Of a stretch of DNA of 64,000 nt, positions 20,595 to 30,147 are shown piece by piece. Source of the stretch: an uncultured Helicobacter sp. (GTDB lineage Bacteria > Campylobacterota > Campylobacteria > Campylobacterales > UBA6016); NCBI GenBank assembly GCA_964568395.1, contig CAZMPN010000001.1, positions 1,133 through 65,132 of the forward strand, read 5' to 3'. The notes beneath the pieces are model-generated. The model saw only the letters and a list, made by a program, of their open reading frames with translations, was not told where the DNA came from and did no database searches. Position 1 is the stretch's first letter, and the number at the start of each line of letters is the position of its first letter. The position numbers and the translations under genes are program-made.

Positions 20595-20730
20595 AAACCG
20601 AAAATTATTATGGATTTTTTGTTTTTTTGTGAAGACGGAAATTTTACTTAAAATAAGCTTTAATACACATTAAACTTTAAGGGTCTTTTAGATATAATCG
20701 CCATGGTTTTTATACACGAATTTCAAGGAA

Positions 20731-20979
20731 ATGACGATGCAACTTAAGCTCGCACGGGAAGATGTCAACTCTAACCCAAAAACTATAACCGTAGAAAAAT
20801 TATTGGAAGAGGTCGCAGTCAAAAGACCTTGTATATACTATTTTGATAAATCAAACTCGCATAAAGATCTTATAGCGCTTGTCGAACAAGTAGAAAAACT
20901 GAGCGCAAGCATATACCTCAGAGAGGTAAAATACGGTCTTGACGAGCAAGACTATATGTACGAGGTACATATCATATAA
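20731..20979 (+). CDS. Hypothetical 82-aa protein translationally coupled to miaB
   Basis: ORF with an AAGGAAA RBS. Its TAA shares one base with the miaB ATG (TAATG). No motif recognised. Confidence 0.5.
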   Translation: MTMQLKLAREDVNSNPKTITVEKLLEEVAVKRPCIYYFDKSNSHKDLIALVEQVEKLSASIYLREVKYGLDEQDYMYEVHII

Positions 20980-22271
20980 TGTCCCAAAAGCTTCTCTATA
21001 TAGAGACTCTCGGTTGCGCTATGAATGTCCGGGATTCCGAACATATCATAGCCGAGTTGACCGAAAAAGATAACTACGCGCTTACCTCCTCCGCAAAAGA
21101 CGCAGACCTAATCATCATCAACACCTGTTCGGTCAGAGAAAAACCGGTACAAAAACTGTTTAGCGAAATAGGCGCATTCAAAAAGATAAAAAAAGAGGGT
21201 GCAAAAATAGGCGTTTGCGGATGTACGGCAAGCCACCTCGGCGAAGAGATAATCAAGAAAGCGCCGGCGGTAAACTTCGTACTGGGCGCGAGAAACGTCT
21301 CGAAGATAAAAAGCGCCGTAGCAAAAGATAAATCCGTAGAGATAGATATAAGCTACGACGACTCCTCGTATATGTTCGGCGAGTATAGGCAAGACGGCTA
21401 TAAAGCGCTCATCAATATATCCATAGGCTGCGACAAAGAGTGCGCATACTGCATAGTGCCGCATACAAGAGGCGAAGAGGTCTCCATACCTATGGAGCTC
21501 ATCCTGGGCGAGGCAAAAAAAGCGGCCGACAAAGGCGCCAAAGAAGTAATTTTGCTCGGTCAAAACGTAAATAACTACGGCAAGGGTTTCAAAGATAAAA
21601 GTATAAACTTTACGGCGCTTCTAAGAGAGGTTAGCAAGATAGAGGGGATAGAGCGCATACGATTCACCTCCCCGCATCCGCTTCATGCTGACGACGAGTT
21701 CATAGAAGAGTTCGCCAGAAATCCAAAGATATGCAAAAACATACACTTCCCGCTTCAAGCCGGTAGCTCGAAAGTCCTAAAAGATATGCGAAGGGGCTAT
21801 ACGAAAGAGTGGTTTTTGGCCAAGGCCGCGAAAATAAGGGAGCTTTGCCCGGGAGCTACGATAAGCACCGATATAATCGTCGGCTTTCCTGGAGAGAGTG
21901 ACGAAGAGTTCTTGGAGACGATGGAGGTCGTAGAGAAGGTCGGCTTCGAGTTTATGTTCTCTTTTGGGTACTCGTCCAGACCGCTTACAAAAGCGGCCGA
22001 TATGCCAAACCAGATAGATGAAGAGATAAAAAAAATGCGTCTTTTGACGCTACAAAGCGCACAGCTTAAAATCCAAGAAGCCGCACACAAAAAACAGGTC
22101 GGAAAAATAGAGAGAATACTCGTGGAAGGAAAAGACGGAAACGTCTATTTTGGAAAGACAGGCTCCGGATTTGGCGTAAAATTCGAGAGCGACAAAGAAC
22201 TTCTAGGAGAACTAGTGGACGTCGAAATAACAAAAGCCGGGAGACACGCCCTAAGTGGCGATCTTGTCTAA
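20979..22271 (+). CDS. miaB: tRNA-2-methylthio-N6-dimethylallyladenosine synthase
   Basis: 430 aa. UPF0004 N-terminal domain ([14 protein letters not shown]), radical-SAM [11 protein letters not shown], and a TRAM C-terminus. Confidence 0.93.
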   Translation: MSQKLLYIETLGCAMNVRDSEHIIAELTEKDNYALTSSAKDADLIIINTCSVREKPVQKLFSEIGAFKKIKKEGAKIGVCGCTASHLGEEIIKKAPAVNFVLGARNVSKIKSAVAKDKSVEIDISYDDSSYMFGEYRQDGYKALINISIGCDKECAYCIVPHTRGEEVSIPMELILGEAKKAADKGAKEVILLGQNVNNYGKGFKDKSINFTALLREVSKIEGIERIRFTSPHPLHADDEFIEEFARNPKICKNIHFPLQAGSSKVLKDMRRGYTKEWFLAKAAKIRELCPGATISTDIIVGFPGESDEEFLETMEVVEKVGFEFMFSFGYSSRPLTKAADMPNQIDEEIKKMRLLTLQSAQLKIQEAAHKKQVGKIERILVEGKDGNVYFGKTGSGFGVKFESDKELLGELVDVEITKAGRHALSGDLV

Positions 22272-22890
22272 AGAGAGGAAAAGGCGGATCCTCTCCCTGA
22301 TTATCCCGCCGCTTGCAAATCTACTAATCCGCATCATATACCTAACATGCAAAAAAGAGTTCAAGCTAGCCCCCTCCTATCCAAGCGAGCCGTTTATAGT
22401 CGCTTTTTGGCACGGCGAGCTTCTAATGCAACCGTTTTTGTATAAAAGAATAAGAGGGCGACATAAAATATCGGTGATGATAAGCGAGCATTTCGACGGT
22501 GAGATAATCGCAAAAATTATCGCCTTCTTCGGCTTTTCCAGCATAAGGGGCTCAAGCTCGAAAGGCGGAGCCAGGGTACTCATAGAAGCCATAAAAACCT
22601 CCAGAGAGGGTGAGGATATCGCCATCACGCCGGACGGACCGAGGGGTCCTAGGCACTCGGTCGAGGGTGGTATAGCGGCGCTGGCGCAAAAAACAAAAGC
22701 AAAGATCGTAGTATTCAACTATAGATGCGATAATTGCTGGCAGCTAAAGAGTTGGGATAGATTCATCATCCCGAAGCCGTTTTCAAAAATTAGCTTTTTT
22801 GCCGATAAGGTAATCGACGTTTCCGAGCTGGAGACAGAGGAAGCGAAAAAGATAATACGGGAACAGATGCTAAAAGATGCTGCAAAATGA
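22255..22890 (+). CDS. DUF374 / lysophospholipid acyltransferase-family protein
   Basis: 211 aa. Contains [26 protein letters not shown] and TPDGPRGP, matching my memory of the DUF374 profile. Overlaps the miaB end by 17 nt. Confidence 0.75.
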   Translation: MAILSKERKRRILSLIIPPLANLLIRIIYLTCKKEFKLAPSYPSEPFIVAFWHGELLMQPFLYKRIRGRHKISVMISEHFDGEIIAKIIAFFGFSSIRGSSSKGGARVLIEAIKTSREGEDIAITPDGPRGPRHSVEGGIAALAQKTKAKIVVFNYRCDNCWQLKSWDRFIIPKPFSKISFFADKVIDVSELETEEAKKIIREQMLKDAAK

Positions 22891-23707
22891 CGAGATAAAC
22901 GCTTTTTTAGACTACCTCTCAAACATAAGAAAATACAGCCCTCGGACAATATCGACATACAAAAAAACGCTTCTTGAAGCGGCGCCGAAAGTGGAAATCA
23001 GCGAAGACAACGACCGCACCGTTTACGACATAAGAGGATACCGACTAGAAATATCAAAGCTAGCAAAAAAAACGATAGCAAAAAAAGTCTCCACGCTAAG
23101 GTCGTTTTTCGAATATAAAAAATGTATTGGCTCCAAAATAAAAACGATAGGCGACGAGCAGATAAAGATGCCAAGGAGCCTTCCAAAACCGATACATAAA
23201 GATTTGATACAAAAAGCGATAAGCGAGTGCCAAAATAGTGGCGAAAAACTACTGCTCTTGATGCTCTATTCGCTTGGACTCAGGATTTCGGAACTGGAAA
23301 ACCTAAGACTGCAGGATATCGGAATGGAGTGGGTCAAGGTAGTGCACGGCAAAGGCGGCAAGGATAGGATGGTGCCGCTAATTCCGGAAGTTTTGGAACT
23401 AATCGAGAAATATAGGCTAGAAAACGGTCCGAAACTGTATCTTTTCGAGGAAAAAGAAAAACCGTTAAGCCAAAATTGTCTAAGATATAAGTTATTTAAA
23501 ATTTTTGAGAGAGTCGGAGTCAAGGCTACGCCGCATCAGCTTAGACACTCGTTTGCTACGGATTTAATCAACAAAGGGGCAAGAATCGTGGACGTATCCG
23601 AACTGCTTGGACACAAAGAGCTATCCACGACACAGGTCTATACGAAGCTAGGCATGAGCAAAAAACTTAGCGGCTATCTAAACGCCCATCCCATGTGTAA
23701 AGAGTAG
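22877..23707 (+). CDS. Tyrosine-type site-specific recombinase (Xer-like, short 276-aa form)
   Basis: Full catalytic set is visible: R in GLRISEL, K in HGKGGKDR, HQLRHSF, LGH, and Y in TQVYT. An SAM-like N-terminal core-binding domain is present. The ATG overlaps the DUF374 stop by 14 nt. Confidence 0.85.
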   Translation: MLQNDEINAFLDYLSNIRKYSPRTISTYKKTLLEAAPKVEISEDNDRTVYDIRGYRLEISKLAKKTIAKKVSTLRSFFEYKKCIGSKIKTIGDEQIKMPRSLPKPIHKDLIQKAISECQNSGEKLLLLMLYSLGLRISELENLRLQDIGMEWVKVVHGKGGKDRMVPLIPEVLELIEKYRLENGPKLYLFEEKEKPLSQNCLRYKLFKIFERVGVKATPHQLRHSFATDLINKGARIVDVSELLGHKELSTTQVYTKLGMSKKLSGYLNAHPMCKE

Positions 23708-23713
23708 ATAGCC

Positions 23714-24703
23714 GTGATTGGCAGCATAATAAGAAGATTCGTAAAGACGGCATATATAGCAATCATTAAAGACGGCGATACATGCGACGTATGCGTAAAA
23801 ATACTCAAAAATAAAACGGAAATAAGCAGGGAGAGCAAACGCTTTTCGATGCAGACGAGAGAGTCGGCGAAACTACTCGACGAATTCGTAAAAAACCTAC
23901 TCGCAAAGTACAGCATATTCTACACCGCAACCATAATAAATTCTATCAACCAGGGCGGGGTACCAGGCTGCGACAAAAAGAACTTCGAAAAATACGAGAT
24001 AAACACGACAAACGCCTCCGTCGTCTGTATAGATAAAAAATGGTCTATTTTTGCAAGCAACTACGATATAGAGTCCACGCAAAAAGAGTTCGAGGAGCTT
24101 GGCGGATTAGACTGTCTATTTTCGTCGATAGTTGTTTTAAAAAGCTTTTTTGACAGCGAGCTAGACTCTACGCCTACGATGTGCATCCTAAAACAAAAAA
24201 CATCCGCGACGATAGCAGTATTTACCAAGGATTCACTGCTTTTTAGCAACTACATAATACTAAAAACGGATACGCCGCAAGAAGAAGAGGGTGAGACAAA
24301 AAAACAAGAAGAGAAGATTTTCGGGGAAGAGAGCGAATTTGACGAGGAGAGGCTTGTAGACCTGGACGACATAGCCCTTGACCTAAAAGAGGACAATTCG
24401 GAAATGTCGGAATTTATGAATATTCCCTCCGACGAGCAAGAAGAGGTCTCTACGATAAGCATAGAATCGCTTGGAAGCGACCTTAGAATACTCGACTTCG
24501 TAAAGACATCGCTAAATCAGTTTTACAAAAACCCTATGTACGAATCCAGCTTTATAGAAAAAATATCGATAGCCGACCCTTATTTCGAATCCCCGGATAT
24601 AAAAAATCTGCTTGAAAACGAAATCATGCTCCCGGTCACCCATAAAAAAATAGAACTTTGCGATATAACATCGGACCTCGCCATAGAAGAGGTTTTATAT
24701 TGA
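23714..24703 (+). CDS. Hypothetical soluble protein with an acidic insert; possible degenerate PilM-like (actin-fold) protein
   Basis: 329 aa, GTG start 6 nt after the recombinase stop. Call rests on size, position and pairing with two bitopic partners. No nucleotide-binding motif seen. Confidence 0.4.
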   Translation: MIGSIIRRFVKTAYIAIIKDGDTCDVCVKILKNKTEISRESKRFSMQTRESAKLLDEFVKNLLAKYSIFYTATIINSINQGGVPGCDKKNFEKYEINTTNASVVCIDKKWSIFASNYDIESTQKEFEELGGLDCLFSSIVVLKSFFDSELDSTPTMCILKQKTSATIAVFTKDSLLFSNYIILKTDTPQEEEGETKKQEEKIFGEESEFDEERLVDLDDIALDLKEDNSEMSEFMNIPSDEQEEVSTISIESLGSDLRILDFVKTSLNQFYKNPMYESSFIEKISIADPYFESPDIKNLLENEIMLPVTHKKIELCDITSDLAIEEVLY

Positions 24704-25233
24704 AAACAAGTTTTATAAAACCTAGACGCAAGAGCCTACTAAAAAGAGATACGAAATTTTGGCTAGCCTTCATTATCATATCAACGTCGATTTTGACGGC
24801 TTTATATATAGCCCTTGAGTATGAAATATCGGCGACGCAAGACAAAACAAAAAAAGCTACGATAGATAGAAAATTCCTAAGCGCGGACGCGGTCAGGCTA
24901 AAATCAAATCACGATATGCTAAAAGAGGAGCTTGCGTTTGCGATAGAGATAAAAACATCAAATACCCTATTAAAAGACAATATAGCCAATATATTCGCGA
25001 TTATCCCAGATCAAGTGATGCTGACAAAAATAGAGGTCTCATCAAACTGCCTAGTGCTATACGGCAGCACCCCGTCAAAAGAGATTTACAATCTGCATTT
25101 AGCGCCGGCGCTAAAATCCATATTTACCACAAGCGAGACCTCTTTTTCAAGAAGCGGCGCCGGTATGAAGTTCATATCCATAAACAAACTTGACAAAGAA
25201 GAAGGCGAAGAAGAGGCGGCGCATGCAAGATAA
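24700..25233 (+). CDS. Hypothetical bitopic membrane protein, PilN-like architecture
   Basis: I start it at TTG 24700 (TTGA overlap with the upstream stop); the ORF track starts at 24658. It has a basic N-tail, one TM helix (FWLAFIIISTSILTALYIAL), a helical stretch and a small C-terminal domain. Confidence 0.4.
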   Translation: MKTSFIKPRRKSLLKRDTKFWLAFIIISTSILTALYIALEYEISATQDKTKKATIDRKFLSADAVRLKSNHDMLKEELAFAIEIKTSNTLLKDNIANIFAIIPDQVMLTKIEVSSNCLVLYGSTPSKEIYNLHLAPALKSIFTTSETSFSRSGAGMKFISINKLDKEEGEEEAAHAR

Positions 25234-25762
25234 CAAAAAATTCGACTTTGCAAAAGCGATAACATTCCTGCTCATCTTTGTCGGCATATGCGTCTTCTCG
25301 CTCAGCATACTGCTCGTTCCGGCAATCAGGGAATACAAAAAACAAAACGATATTTATAAAATAGAGTATTCGCTATATCTAAAGGCCAAAGAGAGGCACG
25401 ACGAAGAGAGCGGTAAACTAAAAGCCCTCAAAACGACGAACGCGAAAATACTTGCGGCGCTAGAAAAAAAGACCGACGAAACCACCCTTATGGGGCTTGC
25501 GAAAAACTATTTTAAAAAGACGGAAGTGAAAAAAGCTGGGGCTCTCGAGAAAGAGGGTGGATTTTTTTATGAAGACTACAACGTAACATCAACTTTCATG
25601 ACGCCAAAAGAGCTCTTCTCGTTTCTAAAGGCTCTAAGCGACGAAAACGCCGTAGTAAAAGTCAAAACCCCGCTTGTCATGGGCGCAACCGGAGATGGCC
25701 TAATATCAAATTTTATACTTAGGGTCTACTACCTAAACCCGCCTAAAGAGCCGAAAAAGTAA
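25223..25762 (+). CDS. Hypothetical bitopic membrane protein, PilO-like architecture
   Basis: I start it at ATG 25223 (MQDNKKFDF), overlapping the upstream stop by 11 nt; the ORF track starts at 25190. It has one TM helix (ITFLLIFVGICVFSLSILLV), a coiled stretch and a C-terminal alpha/beta-sized domain. Confidence 0.4.
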   Translation: MQDNKKFDFAKAITFLLIFVGICVFSLSILLVPAIREYKKQNDIYKIEYSLYLKAKERHDEESGKLKALKTTNAKILAALEKKTDETTLMGLAKNYFKKTEVKKAGALEKEGGFFYEDYNVTSTFMTPKELFSFLKALSDENAVVKVKTPLVMGATGDGLISNFILRVYYLNPPKEPKK

Positions 25763-26759
25763 GCAACCCTTTTGCAAGCTCGTCGATATCGATTCCGCTT
25801 TCAAACAGATACCCCCTTGCTTTTGGCGGAATACCGGCGATTCTGCATTTTTCCTTGAACTCTTTTGGCATCGAGGTAGATACATATGGCGCCACGAATA
25901 TAAACTCTCCGCTTTTGCCGATACAAAAATGGCCGCCGACAACAGCATCGAAACCGCTGTTTTTTATCTCTTTTCTCTGATTTTGCGAAGTAAGATAGCC
26001 TATTTTTTTTAGAGCCAGAGAGATATTCGACTCATCCGCCAGCCCTGACGCTCTTTTAAAAACGATCAGCTCGTTTTTTTGGAAAAAAGGCGCATCGAAC
26101 AAAGAGGCTTCGTTCGACAGAATTTCAAAACTGCGTCTTACGCCATCCTCAAAACGTTCCATAAAGCGGTCGGCAAATTCGCCTCTGAAAAAATTCCGCT
26201 CATATTTGGCGTCGCTGTTGCTCTCATCCTCGTAATATTTTATTTTATTGGTTTGCAGATAATCGTAGATATTTTTTTTGGAAACGCCAAAAAGCGGCTT
26301 TACCAAAGTATATCCGCCTCTCTCTTCTACCGTTTTACCCCCGGCAAGCTCCCTGACTCCGGCGCCCTTCGATAGTCTCATCAAAAACCACTCCAAGCGG
26401 TCGTTCAACTGATGCGCAGTCACCAGATTTTCATACTTTCCGGAGCCGATTATCTCTTCAAAAAAAGAGTATCTCACACGTCTGGCCTCAGCCTCAAAAT
26501 TTGAACCGTCAAGGCGCACGCTTTTTACGAAGCACTCTTTGCCGTGCTTTGCGGCAAGCTCTTTCGCGTACAAAGCCTCCTCGTCCGATGATACCCTTGT
26601 ATTGTAGTTCACTATTGCGATATCAAACCTTATGCCGGCATCCAAAAGCAAGAAAAAAAGCGCCGACGAATCTACGCCGCCTGAAAACGCAAGCAGGTTT
26701 TTTTTGCTTTTTAGGGCGGCTAATGCGCCGCTATCAAGCAGGCTCGTCGATTCTAGCAA
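25743..26759 (-). CDS. tilS: tRNA(Ile)-lysidine synthase
   Basis: 338 aa. PP-loop SGGVDSSALFFLL. Confidence 0.9.
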   Translation of the reverse strand: MLESTSLLDSGALAALKSKKNLLAFSGGVDSSALFFLLLDAGIRFDIAIVNYNTRVSSDEEALYAKELAAKHGKECFVKSVRLDGSNFEAEARRVRYSFFEEIIGSGKYENLVTAHQLNDRLEWFLMRLSKGAGVRELAGGKTVEERGGYTLVKPLFGVSKKNIYDYLQTNKIKYYEDESNSDAKYERNFFRGEFADRFMERFEDGVRRSFEILSNEASLFDAPFFQKNELIVFKRASGLADESNISLALKKIGYLTSQNQRKEIKNSGFDAVVGGHFCIGKSGEFIFVAPYVSTSMPKEFKEKCRIAGIPPKARGYLFESGIDIDELAKGLLTFSAL

Positions 26760-28056
26760 TAATTTTTTCCTTTGCGCTGTTTGTAGCGGTCATTTTGTAC
26801 AGGCCGCCGATTTGCGGATTTTCGACTTCGCTCTCGTTTATTAGTATTTCGCCGTCAATCTCGGGAGCCCATATTTTCTTTTTGGCCTTAAATAAAAACT
26901 CATGCTCCTCGCTAACGCCCTCAAAAACCGCCTCGAAACTACTTCCTATAGCCGCCTTTGCTTTTTTTGCGCTCTTCTTGGCTATTGCCTTCTTGATTGC
27001 CGAGAGCCTTTTTGAGATCGTCTTTTTGTCCACCTTATCAGCCATCTCGTAAGCGGACGTACCCTCTTCGTCGGAGTATTCAAAAACGCTAACCATATCA
27101 AAGTCAAACCCTTCGATAAATGAAAGCATCTCGGCAAAATCCTCATCGGACTCACCGGGATGTCCGACTATCACCGACGTCCTAACAAAGCTGTCAGGAG
27201 CGGCTCTCATTCTCTCTAGCAGCTCCACCGTTCTGGCTTTGCCGACGCCTCTTTTCATGATACGAAGCATCCTATCCGAAATGTGCTGGATAGGCATATC
27301 AAAATAGTTTACGAATTTTTTTGCGTTTACAATCGTATCTATCAACTTTTCATCCGTAGTTGACGGATAGAGATAAAGAACCCTTGCGTAAAAATCGCCG
27401 TCAAGCGCGTCTATCTTTTTTATCAAACCGGCAAGTCCGTCCTTGACGCCTTTATCCCTCATATACGAGGAGCTGTCTTGCGCTATGAGGCTAAAATCGA
27501 AATAACCTTTTTTGTTCAAAGATGTTATCTCTTTTAGTATCGAATCCTCCGCACGCGAAAAAAGCTTGCCTTTAAAAGAAGGGATAGCGCAGAAGCTGCA
27601 CGTTTGGTTGCACCCCTCCGCCATTTTGATATAGGTATGGTAGTTAGAGTTTATTACCACCCTCTCCTCTTCGTCTATAAGGAATGTTCCGTCCGTAAAT
27701 TCGCTTTTTTTGCCCTCTATCAGCTCGTCTATTTTTGCATAGTCCGCCACCCCGGTAAATATATCAACCTCTTTTAGCTCTTTTTGTAACTCGTCTTTGT
27801 ATCTCTCGGAGAGGCATCCCGCCATTACCAGTTTTGACCCCTCTTTTCTGCCGCCGTGGAGCGAAAGTATCGTATTTATACTCTCCTGCTTGGCGGCGTC
27901 GATGAACCCGCACGTATTTACGATAATCGCGTCGGCTTCGCCGGAGTCGCTGGTCATCTCGTAATCTTTTAGCCGCCCGAGCATAACCTCGCTATCGACC
28001 TGATTTTTGGAGCACCCCAGGCTCACCATAAAAAGTTTCTTTTTTTTAGTTTTCAT
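26734..28056 (-). CDS. rimO: Ribosomal protein S12 methylthiotransferase
   Basis: 440 aa. Contains VSLGCSKNQVDSE, radical-SAM CNQTCSFCAIP, and a TRAM C-terminus. Confidence 0.92.
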   Translation of the reverse strand: MKTKKKKLFMVSLGCSKNQVDSEVMLGRLKDYEMTSDSGEADAIIVNTCGFIDAAKQESINTILSLHGGRKEGSKLVMAGCLSERYKDELQKELKEVDIFTGVADYAKIDELIEGKKSEFTDGTFLIDEEERVVINSNYHTYIKMAEGCNQTCSFCAIPSFKGKLFSRAEDSILKEITSLNKKGYFDFSLIAQDSSSYMRDKGVKDGLAGLIKKIDALDGDFYARVLYLYPSTTDEKLIDTIVNAKKFVNYFDMPIQHISDRMLRIMKRGVGKARTVELLERMRAAPDSFVRTSVIVGHPGESDEDFAEMLSFIEGFDFDMVSVFEYSDEEGTSAYEMADKVDKKTISKRLSAIKKAIAKKSAKKAKAAIGSSFEAVFEGVSEEHEFLFKAKKKIWAPEIDGEILINESEVENPQIGGLYKMTATNSAKEKIIARIDEPA

Positions 28057-28059
28057 TCT

Positions 28060-28881
28060 TTAAATCCAAATATTGTCTATGAGTCTAGTGGTTCCGACTT
28101 TTGCCGCCACAAGTATAAGCGAGTTTTTGAGCTCTATTTTTTCCTGCCCTCGCAAATTTCTGTCGCAAAAAGCTATATACTCTACGTCGAGTCCGCCTAG
28201 CTCCTCCCGCATCTTCGCCTCTATTTTGGCGACGTCCAGCTCCCCGGCTCCGGCCATAGTACCGGCGGCGAAAAGAGATCTTGATATAGCCAGAGAGGCT
28301 TTTTTCTGCGCTTCGTCCAGATATACGTTGCGGCTACTCATGGCAAGCCCCTCGCGCTCTCTTACCGTAGGGCAGGCGACTATCTCCACGTCCATAAAAT
28401 ATCTTTTTACCATCTGCCCTATGAGGATTAGCTGCTGCGCGTCTTTTTGCCCGAAATACGCCCTTTTTGCTCCAGAGATATTCAGAAGCTTCATAACCAC
28501 GGTAAGCACACCGTCAAAATGCCCGGGCCGCACAAACCCTTCCAGTACGTACCCGCTAATCTTCGGGGCTTTTATGCTAGGTTCGTCGTCACCATACATC
28601 TCCTCAGGCGTCGGCAAAAAGACGGCGTCCACTCCGGCAAGTTCGCACAGCTTGGTATCGGCCTCTATCCTTCTGGGATATTTAGAGAGGTCTTCGCCCG
28701 GCAAGAACTGGGTCGGATTAACGAATATCGATACGACGCAAAAATCGTTCTCCTCCTTTGCGCGTCTTACGAGCGACATATGCCCGTCGTGCAAAGCGCC
28801 CATCGTAGGCACGAAACCGATGGAGCCTTGGAGGTTTTTCGTATAGTTTTTAAATTCTTCAGCGGTATGAAAGATTTTCAA
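28060..28881 (-). CDS. panC: Pantoate--beta-alanine ligase
   Basis: 273 aa. Contains [10 protein letters not shown] and GQKDAQQ. Confidence 0.95.
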   Translation of the reverse strand: MKIFHTAEEFKNYTKNLQGSIGFVPTMGALHDGHMSLVRRAKEENDFCVVSIFVNPTQFLPGEDLSKYPRRIEADTKLCELAGVDAVFLPTPEEMYGDDEPSIKAPKISGYVLEGFVRPGHFDGVLTVVMKLLNISGAKRAYFGQKDAQQLILIGQMVKRYFMDVEIVACPTVREREGLAMSSRNVYLDEAQKKASLAISRSLFAAGTMAGAGELDVAKIEAKMREELGGLDVEYIAFCDRNLRGQEKIELKNSLILVAAKVGTTRLIDNIWI

Positions 28882-28961
28882 TTTAAAGCCTTGTTTTTCT
28901 ATAATCGGCAGTTAAAACCGTATAAATTATGCGAATTATACACTAAATTAAGGAAACAATT

Positions 28962-30056
28962 TTGGACGCGTACGAGTACTCGGAACTGCTTAAAACACTA
29001 GAATCAAAACTATCCAACATAGTAGCCCTCATAAAACCTGACGACATAAGCGCAAGACTAAAAGAGATAGAGACCATGGAACAAGAGGAGTCTTTTTGGC
29101 TTGACGCCGCAAAAGCCTCGGAGATCCAAAAGCAAAAATCAAAACTAAGCTCCCTGTTTACCAAATATCAGGACGTAAGAAACTCGCTGACGGACTCGAA
29201 GGAGCTTTTCGAGATAGCAAACTCCGAAAACGATAGCGACACGGTCGAGATGATATTCGCCGAGGCGCCGGAGCTGGAGCGCAAAATCAAAAAGATGGAA
29301 ATAGAGGTAATGCTAAGCGGCGAGAACGACGGCAGAAACGCAATCGTATCAATCCATCCGGGAGCCGGAGGCACGGAATCGAACGACTGGGCCTCAATGC
29401 TTTATAGGATGTACATTAGATGGGCAGAAAGAAAGGGTTTTAAAGCCGAAATACTAGACTATCAAGAGGGCGAAGAAGCCGGCATCAAAGACGCTACGGT
29501 GCTAATAAGCGGCGAAAACGCCTACGGATACCTAAAAGCGGAAAACGGCATACATAGGCTCGTACGTATATCGCCGTACGACTCTAACGCAAGAAGACAC
29601 ACCTCTTTCAGCTCCGTACTAGTATCACCAGAGATAGACGACGACATCGAGATAGAGATAGACGAAAAAGACATCAGGATAGACTACTATAGGGCGTCCG
29701 GCGCCGGCGGACAGCATGTCAACAAGACCGACTCCGCCGTAAGGATAACACACATCCCTACGAATATAGTAGTGCAGTGCCAAAACGACAGAAGCCAGCA
29801 TAAAAACAAAGACAAAGCGTTTAAGATGCTAAAATCCAGACTGTACGAACTCGAACTTGAAAAACGAGAGGCGGAGATGGCCGGCGTAGAAAAAAGCAAT
29901 ATCGGCTGGGGAAGCCAGATACGAAGCTATGTGCTTGCGCCATACCAACAGGTCAAGGACACCAGAAGCGAACAGGCATACTCAAACGTATTCGAGATAC
30001 TAGACGGGGATCTCGATGACGTAATAGAGGATGTTTTGGTCTCTTTGCGCAAATAA
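28962..30056 (+). CDS. prfB: Peptide chain release factor 2 (single uninterrupted ORF, TTG start)
   Basis: 364 aa. Contains [16 protein letters not shown]. The stop-recognition tripeptide position reads SPY. No internal frameshift site. Confidence 0.95.
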   Translation: MDAYEYSELLKTLESKLSNIVALIKPDDISARLKEIETMEQEESFWLDAAKASEIQKQKSKLSSLFTKYQDVRNSLTDSKELFEIANSENDSDTVEMIFAEAPELERKIKKMEIEVMLSGENDGRNAIVSIHPGAGGTESNDWASMLYRMYIRWAERKGFKAEILDYQEGEEAGIKDATVLISGENAYGYLKAENGIHRLVRISPYDSNARRHTSFSSVLVSPEIDDDIEIEIDEKDIRIDYYRASGAGGQHVNKTDSAVRITHIPTNIVVQCQNDRSQHKNKDKAFKMLKSRLYELELEKREAEMAGVEKSNIGWGSQIRSYVLAPYQQVKDTRSEQAYSNVFEILDGDLDDVIEDVLVSLRK

Positions 30057-30147
30057 AAAGTAAAAAATATTTTTATCTATACCAAATGCCTACAAAATAG
30101 GCTAAAATAAGGAAAAAACCTCTAACTGGACGGAAGGTAAGTAAAAG

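Noticed and set aside
22877-25762. Integrative or mobile element around the tyrosine recombinase
   Set aside because: There are no flanking repeats, tRNA target, excisionase, transposase or compositional break. The recombinase overlaps the upstream gene and is 6 nt from the downstream one, so it behaves as an operon member.
28073-28846. 257-aa + strand ORF covering panC. Similar cases are 40951-41853 opposite rlmN, 42742-43326 opposite hisF, 48801-49544 opposite hemY, and 31002-31550 opposite the MCP gene
   Set aside because: Each is antisense to a gene with canonical catalytic motifs, and the translations are Ser-rich low-complexity sequence with no RBS context.
28962-30056. Expected programmed +1 frameshift site in prfB
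   Set aside because: The RF2 reading frame is continuous from TTG 28962 to the stop. No in-frame UGA with an upstream SD-like element is present near codon 25.
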